A stretch of DNA of 64,000 nucleotides, taken from assembly GCA_964016885.1 (NCBI GenBank), contig OZ024742.1:247752001-247816000 (forward strand), read 5' to 3'. The position numbers were made by a program, and so were the translations under genes. Source of the DNA: Eledone cirrhosa (lineage: Eukaryota). Positions 14,868 to 30,256 of the stretch are shown here, piece after piece. The stretch's first letter is position 1. Every line of letters begins with the position of its first letter. Under the pieces are notes generated by a model. That model saw nothing but the letters and a program-made list of their open reading frames with translations. It was not told the DNA's origin and did no database searches.

Positions 14868-14960
<93 letters not shown>

Positions 14961-15234
14961 ATGATATATATATAAGTATATGTGTATGCGTGTTAAACAG
15001 GCTATTTCAGTTTCCGTCAATCAAATTCGGTTCACAATACGTTAGAAAACCCGACAATATGATAGGAGACAGCCCAAGGTGCCACGCTACGGGATCAAAT
15101 GATGAAGAGTTCCTCAAGCTCTATGGAGAACGGTAAGAGCCTCAGTTTTGCATGCTAACATTTTCATGGTGTTTCTGGGTATAACTTGGCTAAGACTCTA
15201 TTTTAAAAGCAGAAATGATTAGCCCCCCCCCCCC

Positions 15235-15316
<82 letters not shown>

Positions 15317-15687
15317 TCATGTGTGTGTGTATGTGCTTGTGTGTGTGATACTAGGTATGTGTGGCCACTGATTTCTAATTTGAAATTCTTGTTTTAATGT
15401 TTAATGTTGTTGGAGATGAATTATGAGGGTTGAATCAGTCCCACTATATTACAAACACACCATGTTCATTTAAAGGAGAAATATTTCTTCTATCCCATCC
15501 GTAATTGTACTCACCTCGTACCAGTTGAGGCCAGCTACTGCAATTCAAGGGATCTACGGTAAAATATGCCAGAGATATGTTAGACACTATAAGAAGACAG
15601 CTGTCAAAAGTACTCTAAAGTACATATATATATATATGGGGTGGGGGGGTCGTATATTGATATATGCATATATATATATATATATAT

Positions 15688-16012
15688 GAGCACCAATCCT
15701 AATTCTCAATTTTTGCTGGACCGGCAATCGCTCTGTATAATCAGTTCCTGATTATTACAGGAATTCTATAAGAATTCAGCCTCTACAAGTTTCAACAAAG
15801 GTAGGCGAGTGCTAAGCTCTGGTGAACACCAACAGTGTGAAACAGATCTGTCAGCTTATCTCCCTCCCCTTGTTGAAAAAAGAAGTGACATAATCACTAG
15901 TTTAATATAATAGCGCAAGGTCTTCAAAATGTTTTAAATTAAACATACAGTATATCGCCAGATATACTATACATACATTCATGTATACATCGCTATTTCA
16001 GAGCACCAATCC

Positions 16013-16017
<5 letters not shown>
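15688..16017 (-). mobile_element. Family E short TA-inserted element with terminal redundancy (313-bp unit)
   Basis: GAGCACCAATCCTAATT occurs at both 15688 and 16001, with (TA)n on both sides. It is the reverse-complement homologue of the 44005-44468 tandem. Confidence 0.7.
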
Positions 16018-16057
<40 letters not shown>

Positions 16058-17002
16058 CAGGTAATTTGAGACAGCATTATACGTAGCTATGACAGTCGAC
16101 TGGGAGAATATAGAAATATTCGTGTCTGCAACCTTCTCTGAACATCAGCGACGTTAGTCAGCACTCAGCGACGTGTGAACTGTTCCAAGCTAGAATTTCA
16201 TTGGATATAAGTCCAGTGAATGTATGGCCAAATCACAATAAAGGTGAATAAACGATCTTCTTGCATATGAGATTGTTGCTCTCTCAGGTTGTTATCGTTC
16301 GCCTGATGGAGTTCAGAGATCAGAGATTAGTGATCAGTGATCAGTTTCTACGGCACACTGCGAGGAGGCCGACAACTTGTGCCAGACTTAGGACGACGGA
16401 TTTTGCATTCTGATCTAATCTTAGTTTGATATCAATCTACCTCTTTTAGATTAATATCTAACAGATCAACGGCTTATATGTTTCATGCCAATATCTTATA
16501 GTCACCAAGTAACGTATTGAAGATGTCTTGTCAATAATTTCTATACATCTGTCAGTAAATATTTAACATTAATCGTCAATATCTTTCCCGAATTACAACA
16601 TAAGTCAATAAGTACGTAACCTGAAGAACGAGACATATGACCTGGGAGGAGAAAGGGCATTTTATAAACATTACATATGTCTTGTACTACGAAAAAAATA
16701 TAATTTATTTAGTCTTGTTTGTACAATATTATACTTATTTACGAGTATATAATTACCTAGGGGTGCATCTTAATTCTTCTTGTATGTATATGTTCAGACG
16801 TAGGATTATTTGTATTTAACAGCTGAAGCATAACATATGCCAAGAGAAGATAAGTGTGTACGTGCTGGAGGACGTCGGAAATCACGCAGGTCGTATTTCT
16901 AAGTGCTTAAACATCTAAAAGAAAGGCAGTTAACCCGCCCTAACAGACCATCAACGACCAGAAAGTTTGATACCGATGATGTTCTGCTAATATATGTAAA
17001 TA

Positions 17003-17219
17003 TTATTTCTAGTATAGGCACAATGCCAGCGATTTGGGAGAAGAAGAAAGTCGATTAAATCGACCCCAGTACGTTACTGCTGCTTTATTTTATCGACCCC
17101 GTAATGGTGAAAGGCAAAGTTAACCTTGGCGGGATTTGAACTCAAACCGTAAAAGATCATAACTCTATGCTTCAAACTATGATGTCCGACCCTTTAGCGA
17201 TACTGCCAATCCACCGCCC
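17003..17219 (-). mobile_element. Nin/Deu-domain tRNA SINE
   Basis: TTTTATCGACCCCGTAATGGTGAAAGGCAAAGTTAACCTTGGCGGGATTTGAACTC...GCCAATCCACCGCC is the reverse complement of the SINE consensus seen elsewhere in the window. Confidence 0.85.
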
Positions 17220-17571
17220 TGCTAATAAATGTAGATATGACATTTATTACTCCAACCAGTCCACAAACGTACAAAAACACCCAAATTGAATGTCAAGTTG
17301 TGCTCATGACACCTGCCAAACTGAAGCGTACTTACCCCAAATCTGGCAAATCATACTTTATTTTATATGTTATATAACAGTGTACATATCGACATATCGG
17401 AGCCATTAAATCATCGGTATTATTTCCAGCTCTCAATAGTTTCAATTCAAATACCGCCTAGGACAATTTTGCATTACATTTTATCCCATCCTATGGTAGA
17501 TTAAAGATATCAAGCTAAAAAACACAACAACTGATATATATATACACACACACACACATATATATATAGAT

Positions 17572-17828
17572 AAGTGGTTACACAACAGTTAGTTCACCAT
17601 ACCGAGAACAATTGTTTCACCTTAGCGGATCCTCAGCTCGTAATGGACATGGTTATACGGAAGAGGAAGGACGTATAACCATGTCCATTACGAGCTGAGG
17701 ATCCGCTAAGGTGAAACATTTGTTCTCGGTATGGTGAACTAACTGTTGTGTAAACACTTCTACCTAACTCGTCCCATGGATTGGGTGCTCTACCACTACG
17801 CATATTCCCTTCCAGTGTTCTACCACTA
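17572..17828 (+). mobile_element. Family I fold-back element (88-bp inverted arms) carrying an HHR in each arm
   Basis: 17572-17659 is inverted relative to 17672-17759, followed by a 3' tail with ATTGGGTGCTCTAC and then (TA)n. Homologous to 28062-28692. Confidence 0.85.
17603..17640 (-). ncRNA. Minimal type-I hammerhead ribozyme
   Basis: CGAG-CTGAGGA-t cc gctaa gg t-GAAA-CAATTG-TT-CTCG: stem I CGAG/CTCG, canonical core and palindromic stem III. The plus-strand twin at 17691-17728 has CATTTG. Confidence 0.8.
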
Positions 17829-17831
17829 TAA

Positions 17832-17864
<33 letters not shown>

Positions 17865-17905
17865 CGATATTAAATAAATGGAAACTATATTTATAAAACC
17901 ATATT

Positions 17906-17971
17906 TATTTCATTATATATATTTCAGGGATATCATATTAAAAATATGGTATGCCTTCTTCAGACAAAATA
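17906..17971 (-). ncRNA. Type-I hammerhead ribozyme with long stem II (family H element, ~17865-18042)
   Basis: TATTTTGT-CTGAAGA-agg...catatt ttt aatatg...cct-GAAA-TATATA-TA-ATGAAATA: 8-bp stem I (with G:U pairs), canonical core and palindromic stem III. Confidence 0.75.
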
Positions 17972-18039
17972 CAATATAAACAGTCTTATAAATAGATAGA
18001 TTTGATATACCTTTCAACTTCCATTTAAAAAGTTGATTT

Positions 18040-18074
<35 letters not shown>

Positions 18075-18792
18075 TTAAGTATAGCATACAGCATAGACGA
18101 AGCTCTAGTATACGGCCAAGCTAGCGTGTATGCTTATTCGGTTTGTAGCTTTAGCACTCATATGAGGTAAGACCCCAGAGTATAACATTATGTTCAGACA
18201 GCTTAGCAAAATAGATATAGCAGTCGGCAGTCCGACCGCATCACTAAAGCAACGAAAATACAGGACCCAGGTAAAGATTTTATATATATAATATATATGT
18301 ATATATATATATATATATGTGTAAATATATATTTATATATTTATATATATGCATGTTCGTGGGTACATGGGTGTGCATGCGCCTATAGGTATATTTAGGC
18401 TTACTTTTTAATTTATCAGGGACGATTCGGAATAGAAGTTTAAATGAGTATGTGAGAAATAGGAAAATATTTGAAGAGATCTTAATTTTTGCTATGAGTA
18501 TTTTAACTTGAGTTGTTTCATTAATAGCTCCAGGAAATGCATAAACACGTCAACTCTATCTCCATTTTGCCTAAACATGCGTACACGAGAAATAATTATA
18601 TATCTTTAAACAGAAGAAAACCTCGTATGAAAGGTTACGAGCGTAGTGACGTACAGTATGGTAAACGATAAGAATGTAAATAAATAACATCACATAGAGA
18701 CGAAGAGAGAAAGAGTGAGCGAATGCCAGAGACATATATCAGTATATATATATGGTAGACACAGGCACACAGATACCCAGGCTTACACACAC

Positions 18793-18907
<115 letters not shown>

Positions 18908-19077
18908 CGAACTGTCATGATATAGAGACATATAAATATATTTGGTGTAGGTCTGTAAGTTTGGCACCACATTTGTTTAGTGTTGTATGGTCTGCCAACA
19001 TTAGCACTCACCTAGTTACATATGCATTAAACTTGACCCCCTCATTCTTCGACGCACACATACATGCATTCATGCAT

Positions 19078-19113
<36 letters not shown>

Positions 19114-19188
19114 GTGTGTGTGTGTGTGTATATACATATACATATATACATACATATACATAGATTATATATATATATTATATATGTA

Positions 19189-19283
<95 letters not shown>

Positions 19284-19364
19284 TTATATATAAATTTATA
19301 TATATATATTTATATATATATATATGTATATATCTGTGTGTATGTGCGTATGCTATGTTATGAA

Positions 19365-19415
<51 letters not shown>

Positions 19416-19528
19416 GCATACACATATTTATATATATCTATACCTATAGGCACGCATGCATATATGTATATATGTATACATACATACACGCAAACACACA
19501 CTCACTCACACACACACGCACACACACA

Positions 19529-19618
<90 letters not shown>

Positions 19619-20033
19619 CATATCTATGGCAGCATACACACACGCGCACGCGTATATATCACAAATATTGTTGACGAGGTGACGCGGTTTCGATTCAGTG
19701 GAGCAGTGAAGAAAACGGAAACTACACAACAATAGGAACATTTGTTGGACATTATGAAATATAAAGCCATTTGATTTATGTATATATATACACACAATAA
19801 ATACATCCCTCTCTGTCGTTCCCTCTCCACTTACGTCTATCTCTGGTTTCGTCTCATTCCAATCATTGCTTCACATATACGCATATGCACACGCGTACAT
19901 ATATGTGTATATTTGTGTAGTTGTGCGTAAATATGTTTTAGTGTGTTTATGCATATATATAGATAATTATATAGATATGAACTTACGTACGCATGTATGT
20001 ATATTGTACATACATACCTAATACACATATAAT

Positions 20034-20168
20034 AACGAAGGAAGTGTGGTAAGGAACTAGATGGAACAAAACTCACCAGAGTACTCAATACTTAGGGTAG
20101 TAGAGTGGGTAATAGGAAAATGTTCAAGACCCCGACCGCAGAGCTCAAACTGTTTCGACGGCTATTTA
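20034..20168 (-). mobile_element. Family A short element
   Basis: Homologous to 2959-3099 and ends in (TA)n. Confidence 0.75.
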
Positions 20169-20170
20169 TT

Positions 20171-20813
<643 letters not shown>

Positions 20814-21013
20814 CATATCTGAGTCTATTAATTTCCTAAACACTCCCTTTCACAAGCTCACACACACGCACACACCTATACATATATGGTGAGGATGATA
20901 ATGGTGATGATAGTGATGTCGGTGATGGTGATGGTGATGATGATGATGAGGAAGAGGGGGGTGTGGGGCAGAAGGAGGACGGCGAAGATGGTGATGGTGA
21001 TGATGATGATGAC

Positions 21014-21048
<35 letters not shown>

Positions 21049-21633
21049 CAAATGAGGAACAATGATGATGGTAGTAGCGATGGTGACGACGTCGGTTGTG
21101 GTAGTGGCCGCGGCGGCGGTGGTGGCGACGGGGGCGGCGGCGACGATGCTGATGGTGGTAGTGCTGTTGCTGATAGTGGTAGTGTTGGTGGATTATTTAT
21201 GGTGGTGGTGCCTCTGATGTTGGTGGTACTACTGATGGTGGTAGTTCTGCTGGTGGTCGTTCTGGTAGTGTTGATGATGATGCTTGTGTTGCTGGTGGTG
21301 GTGGAGCTTGCAATGCCGGTTTTAGTTTCGCTGGTTTTAGAGCAGTTACTTGTAATGGTGATTATGAGGAGTTATGGCGCTTGTAGGACTGCTGCTGTTG
21401 GTAGTAATCTTGTAACGTCTGTCATCTTATTCTAAAGTATCTGGACATAAGCTACAGCAGAGTTAAATGTTAAATATATGTGGAATTGTCATAGTTCAAT
21501 AGATTGTCATTTGATATCTATATAGCATAACTATCTACATATCTATTTGTAGTTCTTTCCATTTAATACCTCTCATTTCTTCTCTCTCCTTTTCTCTCTC
21601 TCACTTACTCCCCCCTCTCTCTCTCTCTCTCTC

Positions 21634-21709
<76 letters not shown>

Positions 21710-21765
21710 ATTATACATATTTACACATATACCTATGTATGTATGCATGTATATATATATATATG

Positions 21766-22375
21766 TGTCAGGTCACCAGTTGGTGCTACTGGTAACATGT
21801 ATCCCAGTACAACCTGTCTCATGGTCGGGTCGTTGGCGACTAAACTGGCAACCCCACCAAGGTTTCTTAGTGAGGAGCGTGACTTTGGACATCCTGCAGG
21901 AGTAAAAACAAAACCTGTCAAAGGGCAAAGGAGCTCTTAAGAGTCAATGGCCATCCACAATCACCGGGAGAGATGACCCCTTAGCCTTTGTCAAGGCAGA
22001 ATTCTAGGAGAAGGAAAACTCTGATATAACACCTGCAACGCTGATGGTATCCAATGATGTTGACTTGTTCTTCTTTTTGGTAAATATCATCTTGGTTAAG
22101 AGAGTGGGACTGGCTTTGTGCAGTGCCTTTGCTCACTATAAAAGCTTCACGGCACAGGCATTACTTTATATCTGGAGATCTCTCTGCACTTTTCGTCACA
22201 TGGTACCATGGGCCCAGCACTATGTGTCAATAATTGTCACAAGTGTAGTGTTTGTACCAGAGTTTTCAAGTCGCCGGCTAGACTAAAAAGTTACACTCGT
22301 TCAGCGCATCGGTAGGGGTTCTCCTACATGGATATAAAGTAGTGGCCGTACTCGAAAACGAGTTGGCAGCCACCA
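21766..22375 (+). mobile_element. RTE-LINE 5'UTR-like non-autonomous retroelement; its 3' part is repeated at 41924-42273
   Basis: Contains CTAGGAGAAGGAAAACTCTGATA, typical of RTE 5' regions (recalled, not searched). About 350 bp is near-identical to 41924-42273, whose 5' end is inverted (41905-41925). Confidence 0.55.
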
Positions 22376-22424
22376 TATATATATGTATATATATACCTTT
22401 CCATATCTTTCATTTCTATATATG

Positions 22425-22462
<38 letters not shown>

Positions 22463-22469
<7 letters not shown>

Positions 22470-22692
22470 TAAAATAATAGATTAAAGTTTAAGCAAAGAA
22501 TCGCTGCTTTCACCCTTAACGGGATCTTCTGAAACTGTTCAGAAGATCCCGTTAAGGGTGAAAGCAGCAATTCTTTGCTTAACCTTTAATCTGTTATTTT
22601 AATAAATAGTTGCTCTACGGTTCTTACATATTTGATATATATTTATCCTTTCGAGCCCTCTTTGGATTTTAGTATTCAAATTTATTATTACT
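22463..22692 (+). mobile_element. Family F fold-back element (~70-bp arms) with a degenerate HHR-like core
   Basis: 22463-22533 is inverted relative to 22538-22608. The core reads CAGAAGA-t ccc gttaa ggg t-GAAA. The same 3' tail occurs at 2342-2443 and in 29068-29438. Confidence 0.75.
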
Positions 22693-22856
22693 ATATATAT
22701 ATATATATATATATCAGAATGGAGTCGGTAAAAACCAGTTAGACTATTACTCACGAGAGTACACAATACTTCGGATCTAGTTGTTGAAACGGGCGGAACT
22801 CAGCTATCACAGTCCCAAATTTTTCACACACACACACACACATATATATACATACA

Positions 22857-23630
<774 letters not shown>

Positions 23631-23734
23631 GATATACATATACATATATATTTATATACATATATATGTATTTACATATATATACATATCTACGTGTGTG
23701 TGTGTGTGTGTGTGTATATATGTGTCTATATATG

Positions 23735-24005
23735 TGGAAGCACGTGGCCTAGTGGTAAGAGTGGTTGACTTACGATCATAATGTCGTGGGCTCGATTCCT
23801 GGGTTGCGTGTTGTGTTCTTGAACAAAACACTTCATTTCACGTTGCTCCAGTTTACTCAGCTGAAAATGAGTACCAGCAATAGCTGGTGGTTTAACCCTG
23901 CGATGGACTGGCATCCTGTCCAGGGGAGGTCTTGCACTCTCAGTCGCTTAACGCCATGAAACCGGGATAAGCACCGGCCAAATGAGCCTTCTGGCTTAAG
24001 ACAGA

Positions 24006-24009
<4 letters not shown>
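23735..24009 (+). mobile_element. Full-length tRNA-derived SINE with CORE-like and V-like domains
   Basis: A-box TGGCCTAGTGG, B-box GGCTCGATTCC, CORE-like TTGTGTTCTTGAACAAAACACTTCATTTC and CCTGCGATGGACTGGCATCCTGTCCAGGGG. Related fragments lie at ~12080-12260(+), 38227-38298(-) and 53455-53633(-). Confidence 0.85.
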
Positions 24010-24104
<95 letters not shown>

Positions 24105-24409
24105 ATCTACGTGTGAACGTGTATGAGTGAGTGTGCATAGATAGAGACACTTTGCCCGTCGAAAATGGCATTGCGTGTCGCATGAAAATGAAAGTGAATA
24201 TGTACAATAAAATAATTTCTTAAATACAGGATTGTATGTAAATATACTTGTATCCTATAATATCTTGTACCTTCTCCCTCAGTTCGACGATTGCCCCATT
24301 CAATTTTTTCTTTCATTTAAAACCATTATAATTATTTACTTCTATAATTTCTAAAATTATCTTGAAAAACATATCCAGTAAATTACAATGACGTAGTTCT
24401 ATCTATGTA

Positions 24410-25527
24410 CTAGCAGTGGTACCCGGTGATGCCCGTGTATTTTATGAAAGATACAATATAATTTTGTACATATTACAAAATATTTGACCATTGATAACAA
24501 AAATTAATTGACCAGTAATAAATACTTTTACCGTTGGTTTAGGAATGAATAAGTATTTTGCTTACTCATTTCTGTAATTCAGGAAAGTGTATTTAAATTT
24601 TTACACTGTAGATTTCAGCAATTTTTGCCTCTGCGGCAATGTCTATTCTCATGCAGGATTCCATGCGGTTTACGTGCTTCTTTGTATTTGTGCAGATCCT
24701 TTCTCCCAAGAACCTGAGATCCTTAAATGACGTTGGTCCTCGAAAATATGCAGAAATACTCTTTAATAAAACAGCTTCTGTTGTTGGGGCAGTCAATGTA
24801 AACACGCCCAATAGCTACACTTGCCTTGACTTCAAGACCTTCCACTAAATAACCCTGCTTCCTACGATTCCAGGTCTTGCAATTGGTTCAGGTGTTGTGT
24901 GTTAGGAAGTCAGCATATAGGAGGGATCGTGCAAATACATTATTCTGGCTGGCTTTTAAAAATGTATTTACAATAATGTCAGGTGGTGCTTGTGCCAACG
25001 GATGAGTCTTAGTCTCAGTGAAGTACACTCTCTGTCAATTTTCTAGATGGACTGCGAAGCTGACCACTGTTGGGTGTCGTTTGTGGATATCAAATCCAAA
25101 GATATGCCAGATAGCTTCATTGCTGGAGATATATCATCCTATCTGATGCTGTTTGATCTCAACCATGCAACCTTCATTTAGTTCCTTGTCAGTAAAAATT
25201 GTAGCTATGTCATTGCTTGGTTGATATATTCCGTGACATATAGTATTGCTTTGACAAAGCTACAATATTCAGCATTGATATGAGCTTTTAGGAGTTTACA
25301 CATTTCGTTATGTGGAACTACTCATTGATTGTCTATGGTCAGTTCTAAGTCAAATAACATTTGGAAAAAATAACGTACGCATTTATCCGACAATCTATAT
25401 ATACAATCTTGATTTTCCCAGAGTTTGTTTGAAATATATATATATCTTCAACTTTAGAGAGAGGAAATGTTGAAGACGTCTACACACGCACACGCACGCA
25501 GGCACACACACACGCACACACACACAG

Positions 25528-25602
<75 letters not shown>

Positions 25603-25874
25603 ATTTAAGTTCGCTGACACACACACACACTCACACATATATATCTAACTTAAGAACGGTGAACCTATGACACATATGTCTCTCATTGTGACACATATCT
25701 CTCTCATTTATGAACGCCGACACACACGCGCCAACATATACACATACACACACGAGCATACACATACACGCACTGTCCCATTATCACTTTTGTGAAAGTG
25801 GGAGAGAGAGAAAGAGAGGGAAAGAGAAAGAGAGAGAGATAGCGATAGAGAGAGATAGAGAGTGAGAGAGAGAC

Positions 25875-25937
<63 letters not shown>

Positions 25938-26474
25938 GATGTAACGTTAGGCAAAGAAAGGTGATGTGGGGAGAGTTAAAATGTGAGGAAAGAATAACTA
26001 ATAAGAATTATACCATTACCTTCCCATTTCCAATTATTAAGGGTATATAGGTTAATTAGATGCCTATGGATTATGTTTGTGATTGAAGAGAGTGTGAAAG
26101 ATAGTAAGTGAGAAGGAAAGCAGGTATGTTTAATTAAATTTCTTCTCTGTTAATTATACAGTTAATGTGGTGCGGTAAATAAATATATACTTATACACCA
26201 GGTCCGAACACAACGAAACCAAACTCTCGCTGTCACTACCACCGTCTCTCTTGTGCACCCCATGTGTCGCTATTATGAGCCAATACGGTCCATGCACTGG
26301 TCGTCACACGGCCCCGAAGAACAGAATAGAGAAGGCGTTTTCACGGAGGATGGTGAGCGAAACGCGCTGGAAGAGCCATTCCAGCTTGCGAGGCTGACAC
26401 CTGTGGGTAGCCAACAGTATCGAACGCTGCTGTCATTGTTGTTTGTTTTCTTTCTTTCTCTGCCCATCTCTCTC

Positions 26475-26519
<45 letters not shown>

Positions 26520-26758
26520 CCCTCCCTCACTTTCTCTAAGGAGAATGGAGACGCAAAAGAAAATGGATGACTTCTTTTGATATTCATGAGAAAATAATAA
26601 AAAAAATGACTTTAAATAAATTAATTGCTTTCCATAGTAAACATAGTGGTACCATACCCTGTCCAAGGGACTAGTGTAACTTTGGGGGGATCCGTCCGCT
26701 AATAGTTTTAGGCAGACACACAGAATCGAAAGCTTGCATTTTTATATATATATATAGA
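24410..26758 (-). mobile_element. Non-autonomous Helitron with RepHel remnant
   Basis: On the minus strand it starts TCTATATATATATATAAAA (26758) and ends with a GC-rich hairpin plus CTAG|T (24410). The internal pseudo-ORF reads KAHINAEYCSFVKAILY..., EIKQHQIG*YISSNEAIWHIFGFDIHKRHPTVVSFAVHLEN*QRVYF and RGPTSFKDLR. Confidence 0.75.
24590..25345 (-). pseudogene. Helitron Rep/helicase fragment with stops and frameshifts
   Basis: Matches the Helitron motifs AHINVE.C...IKY, GRYISS.EA.WRIFGF.IH.R.P.V..L.VHLENGQRVYF and RGPTSF.DLR. Confidence 0.85.
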
Positions 26759-26934
26759 AATATATATCTATCTTTCCGCTTCCGTTGCGATACGTCTTTC
26801 GTTACAGCCATTGTTGTTCTTGTCAGAACATAAATACTTTGGTGAATATATATAAATTGATAAATAGGTAAGTAAGTAGATAGGAAGATAGTTAGTTAGA
26901 TAGCTATATAACTAGATAGGTAGATAAATAGTGA

Positions 26935-26970
<36 letters not shown>

Positions 26971-26971
<1 letters not shown>

Positions 26972-27150
26972 GTTATTCCGGGTTGAATCGGAGGTAACCA
27001 CAGTAAGTAAGGTACTCAATACATAGCAGAGTATAAAAGTTTTAATATAGATGAGATTCTACAGGACTAGAACTGTTTCATTCTTTAGAAATCAGCAAGA
27101 TTCCTGATGATTTCTAAAGAATGAAACAGTTCTAGTCCTGTAGAATCTCA

Positions 27151-27158
<8 letters not shown>
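26971..27158 (-). mobile_element. Family G fold-back element with HHR-like core (second copy at 37190-37382)
   Basis: Arms at 27045-27097 and 27103-27158. The core reads CTGATGA-t ttc taaa gaa t-GAAAC agttcta GTC. ATTGAGTACC motif on the minus strand at 27011-27020, with (TA)n on both sides. Confidence 0.75.
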
Positions 27159-27205
<47 letters not shown>

Positions 27206-27304
27206 GTTTCCCTATTTATCTACCTATATAGTTATATAGCTATCTAACTAACTATCTTCCTATCTACTTACGTACCTATTTATCAATTTATACAATATAT
27301 ATAT

Positions 27305-27372
<68 letters not shown>

Positions 27373-27374
27373 AG

Positions 27375-27409
<35 letters not shown>

Positions 27410-27640
27410 GGGGTCAGATATATATAGATAGATAGATATTGTTTCCGAAATATAATGATATACATAGATAGATCGCTACAAATAGCTGTTTTTATGCAAA
27501 TCACTATGTGTGAGAGAGGTAGGAGAGGGTAATAAAGCACATACATGCTCAAATTACCGCATCCCAAACAAATCTATCACAGAATGGTTGTCAGGTGATC
27601 TTGGCTTTTATAATAATGATATATATATATAGTGTATGAA

Positions 27641-27719
<79 letters not shown>

Positions 27720-27720
<1 letters not shown>

Positions 27721-27880
27721 GGTGACGAATTGGCAGAGTCGTTAGAAAGTCAGATAGGATGCCTTGCAGTATTTTTTTCGGATCTCTACTCTCTGATTTC
27801 AAATCCCGCCCCGGTCAACTTTACCATTCATTCACTCGAAGTCGATAAAAAAAAGTGCCAGCCTAGTACTGGCGTCGATT
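27720..27880 (+). mobile_element. Nin/Deu-domain tRNA SINE (degenerate)
   Basis: TTGGCAGAGTCGTTAGA...TTCAAATCCCGCCCCGGTCAACTTTACCATTCATTC...GTCGATAAAA...CCAG. Confidence 0.7.
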
Positions 27881-28011
27881 TTTCCTTCATGTTTCTTTCA
27901 TATGTCCATCCTCCCACCCTCTAACATACTCTGGAAGAACACTTCTATATTCAGACCTCGAGAGATGGACTATATGCATATATATATATATACATACATA
28001 CACACACACAC

Positions 28012-28061
<50 letters not shown>

Positions 28062-28064
<3 letters not shown>

Positions 28065-28692
28065 TGGTTACGCAACAGTTATTTCACCATACCGAGAACA
28101 ATTGTTTCACCTTAGCGGATCCTCAGATCGTAATGTACATGGTTATACGGAACAGGAAGGACAACCCTCAAGGAATCAAGTATAGACTACTCCATTCAAT
28201 GGAAAGCCATCACTAAGTCCAAGCTATACGCAAGGGGAAATCCGTCGTGTGGATTATGTATTGATGAACGAATACATATTCTAAAGAGATTATGCAAAAG
28301 TGATTGCCTAACCAAGAGTAATGAATTCTTCACACGTTGTCCACACGTCTCGAAACACCTCTTGCATAACTACAAAGCTCCGGATTGAATTACAACATCA
28401 TAATTTTCTTATCAACAAGAAACTTTTAGCACTATGGCAGTTATCTCCCTTACACCTCTCGCACGTATTTTAGTATTGCCTGTGTGAAGTGACCGGTTTC
28501 TGCGCATGCGCGTTCATACGGTTGTCCTTTCTGTTCCGTATGGCCATGTCCATTACGAGCTGAGGATCCGCTAAGGTGAAACAATTGTTCTCGGTTTGGT
28601 GAACTAACTGTTGTGTAACCTCTTCTACCTAACACGTCCCATGGACTTATTGCTCTACCACTATGGATATTACCTTCCAGTGTTCTACCACT
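28062..28692 (+). mobile_element. Family I element with an inverted 5' copy of its 3' end
   Basis: 28062-28166 is inverted relative to 28510-28624, with (TA)n on both sides. Confidence 0.8.
28556..28593 (+). ncRNA. Minimal type-I hammerhead ribozyme
   Basis: CGAG-CTGAGGA-tccgctaaggt-GAAA-CAATTG-TT-CTCG. Confidence 0.8.
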
Positions 28693-28707
28693 ATATATAT
28701 ATATATA

Positions 28708-28932
28708 TAAATGAGATTAATCACATCATTTACACAGACGAGAAAACTATATATTCTCGACTGTTTCCAAGTCCAGCAGTAGCAAGCGATGGGAGGGACC
28801 ATCCTGACAAAGCCAGTAAAGCCTGAAAGGCAGTGACGGTTGTATCCCTGCTTCTGCTGGACACCACCAGAGCCGTGGTGTTTGCATATCTACGGCTTCC
28901 TAAAACCGTATTTCTTTAGAAATACGAAATTT
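28708..28932 (+). mobile_element. Family D element with decayed HHR
   Basis: ATGAGATTAATCAC...TTTACACAGAC...AAGTCCAGC is shared with 43600-43875 and 61720-61940. Confidence 0.75.
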
Positions 28933-28971
28933 CCCTCTATATATATATATATACATGTGTGTGTTCTCGCA

Positions 28972-29072
<101 letters not shown>

Positions 29073-29979
29073 TAAAATAACAGATTAAAGTTTAAGCAAA
29101 GAATCGCTGCTTTCACCCTTAACGGGATCTTCTGAAACTAACAAAGTCAATCTGTAAACGCAGAACTGGATATTTCAAAAAACGTTGCAACCGGAGGAAG
29201 ACAGGAAGACGATACTTTGGTTCGTGGAAACGTTCGCTGGCAAAGAACGGGAAAAAACGAATAATACGTCATTAAAAGGAGCGGTGAAAAACATTTACGC
29301 GCAAAGACAGAACCACGTTTAGGTATAAAAGAGGTCTTATTTTAATAAATATTTGCTCTACGGTTCTTATATATTTGATATATATTTATCCTTATCGAGC
29401 CCTCTTTGGATTTTAGTCTTCAATTTTATTATTATTACTATATATATAGGTTGACTTTGCCTTTCATCCTTACGGGGTCGATAAAATAAAGTACCAGTAA
29501 TGAACTGGATAATTGCTGGCCTTGTGCCTAAAGTAGAAACAATTATTACTATATATATATATATATATATACAGAGAGAGAGACAGAGAGAGAGTTCCGA
29601 GAACACATATATCTATGTATATATATATATGATGGACTCTCCCGTCTATGTTTACATATGATATGTCCAACAAGATCTCACCTTGGAGGTGTCTCATGAC
29701 ATTTCAATCCCGCCAGTGAACCACAGACCAAGCCACATAGGTCTTAAGAGCAAGAATAGTAACGTCTAACTGTCCCCGTCACTGTCACCCTATCGCCTAC
29801 CGACTCCACATGCAAAAGACTTACGGAAATGTGAGAAAGTGAACTGATGTTGAACAACCCACAGAAAGTTTTGATTTAAGTGGTGAAGGCTTTTCGGAAC
29901 TGACGACGCATATCTTCGATGCAAAATACGACATATATGTATATATATATATATGTGTGTGTGTGTGTATATATATATA

Positions 29980-30043
<64 letters not shown>

Positions 30044-30087
30044 TGCGTGTGTGTGTGTGTGTGAGTAATCTTATCATCAATACAATC

Positions 30088-30256
30088 CTAATAATTGTTT
30101 CTACTTTTGGCACAATGCCAGCAATTATCCCAGTGCATTACTGGTACTTGGTTTGATCGACCTCGTAAGGATTAAAGGCAAAGTTAACCTCGGAGGGATT
30201 CGAACTCAGATCGTAAAAGGCTGTAACTCCATACTGGAAAGCATGGCGTCCGACCC
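30088..30256 (-). mobile_element. Nin/Deu-domain tRNA SINE
   Basis: CTGGTAC...ATCGACCTCGTAAGGATTAAAGGCAAAGTTAACCTCGGAGGGATTCGAACTCAG. A plus-strand 3' fragment also lies at 29449-29548. Confidence 0.8.

Noticed and set aside
21052-21435. 127-aa Gly/Val-rich ORF resembling a membrane protein
   Set aside because: It derives from degenerate GGT/GAT trinucleotide repeats.
23743-23800. Functional tRNA gene
   Set aside because: The A/B boxes continue directly into a SINE body and no complete cloverleaf forms.
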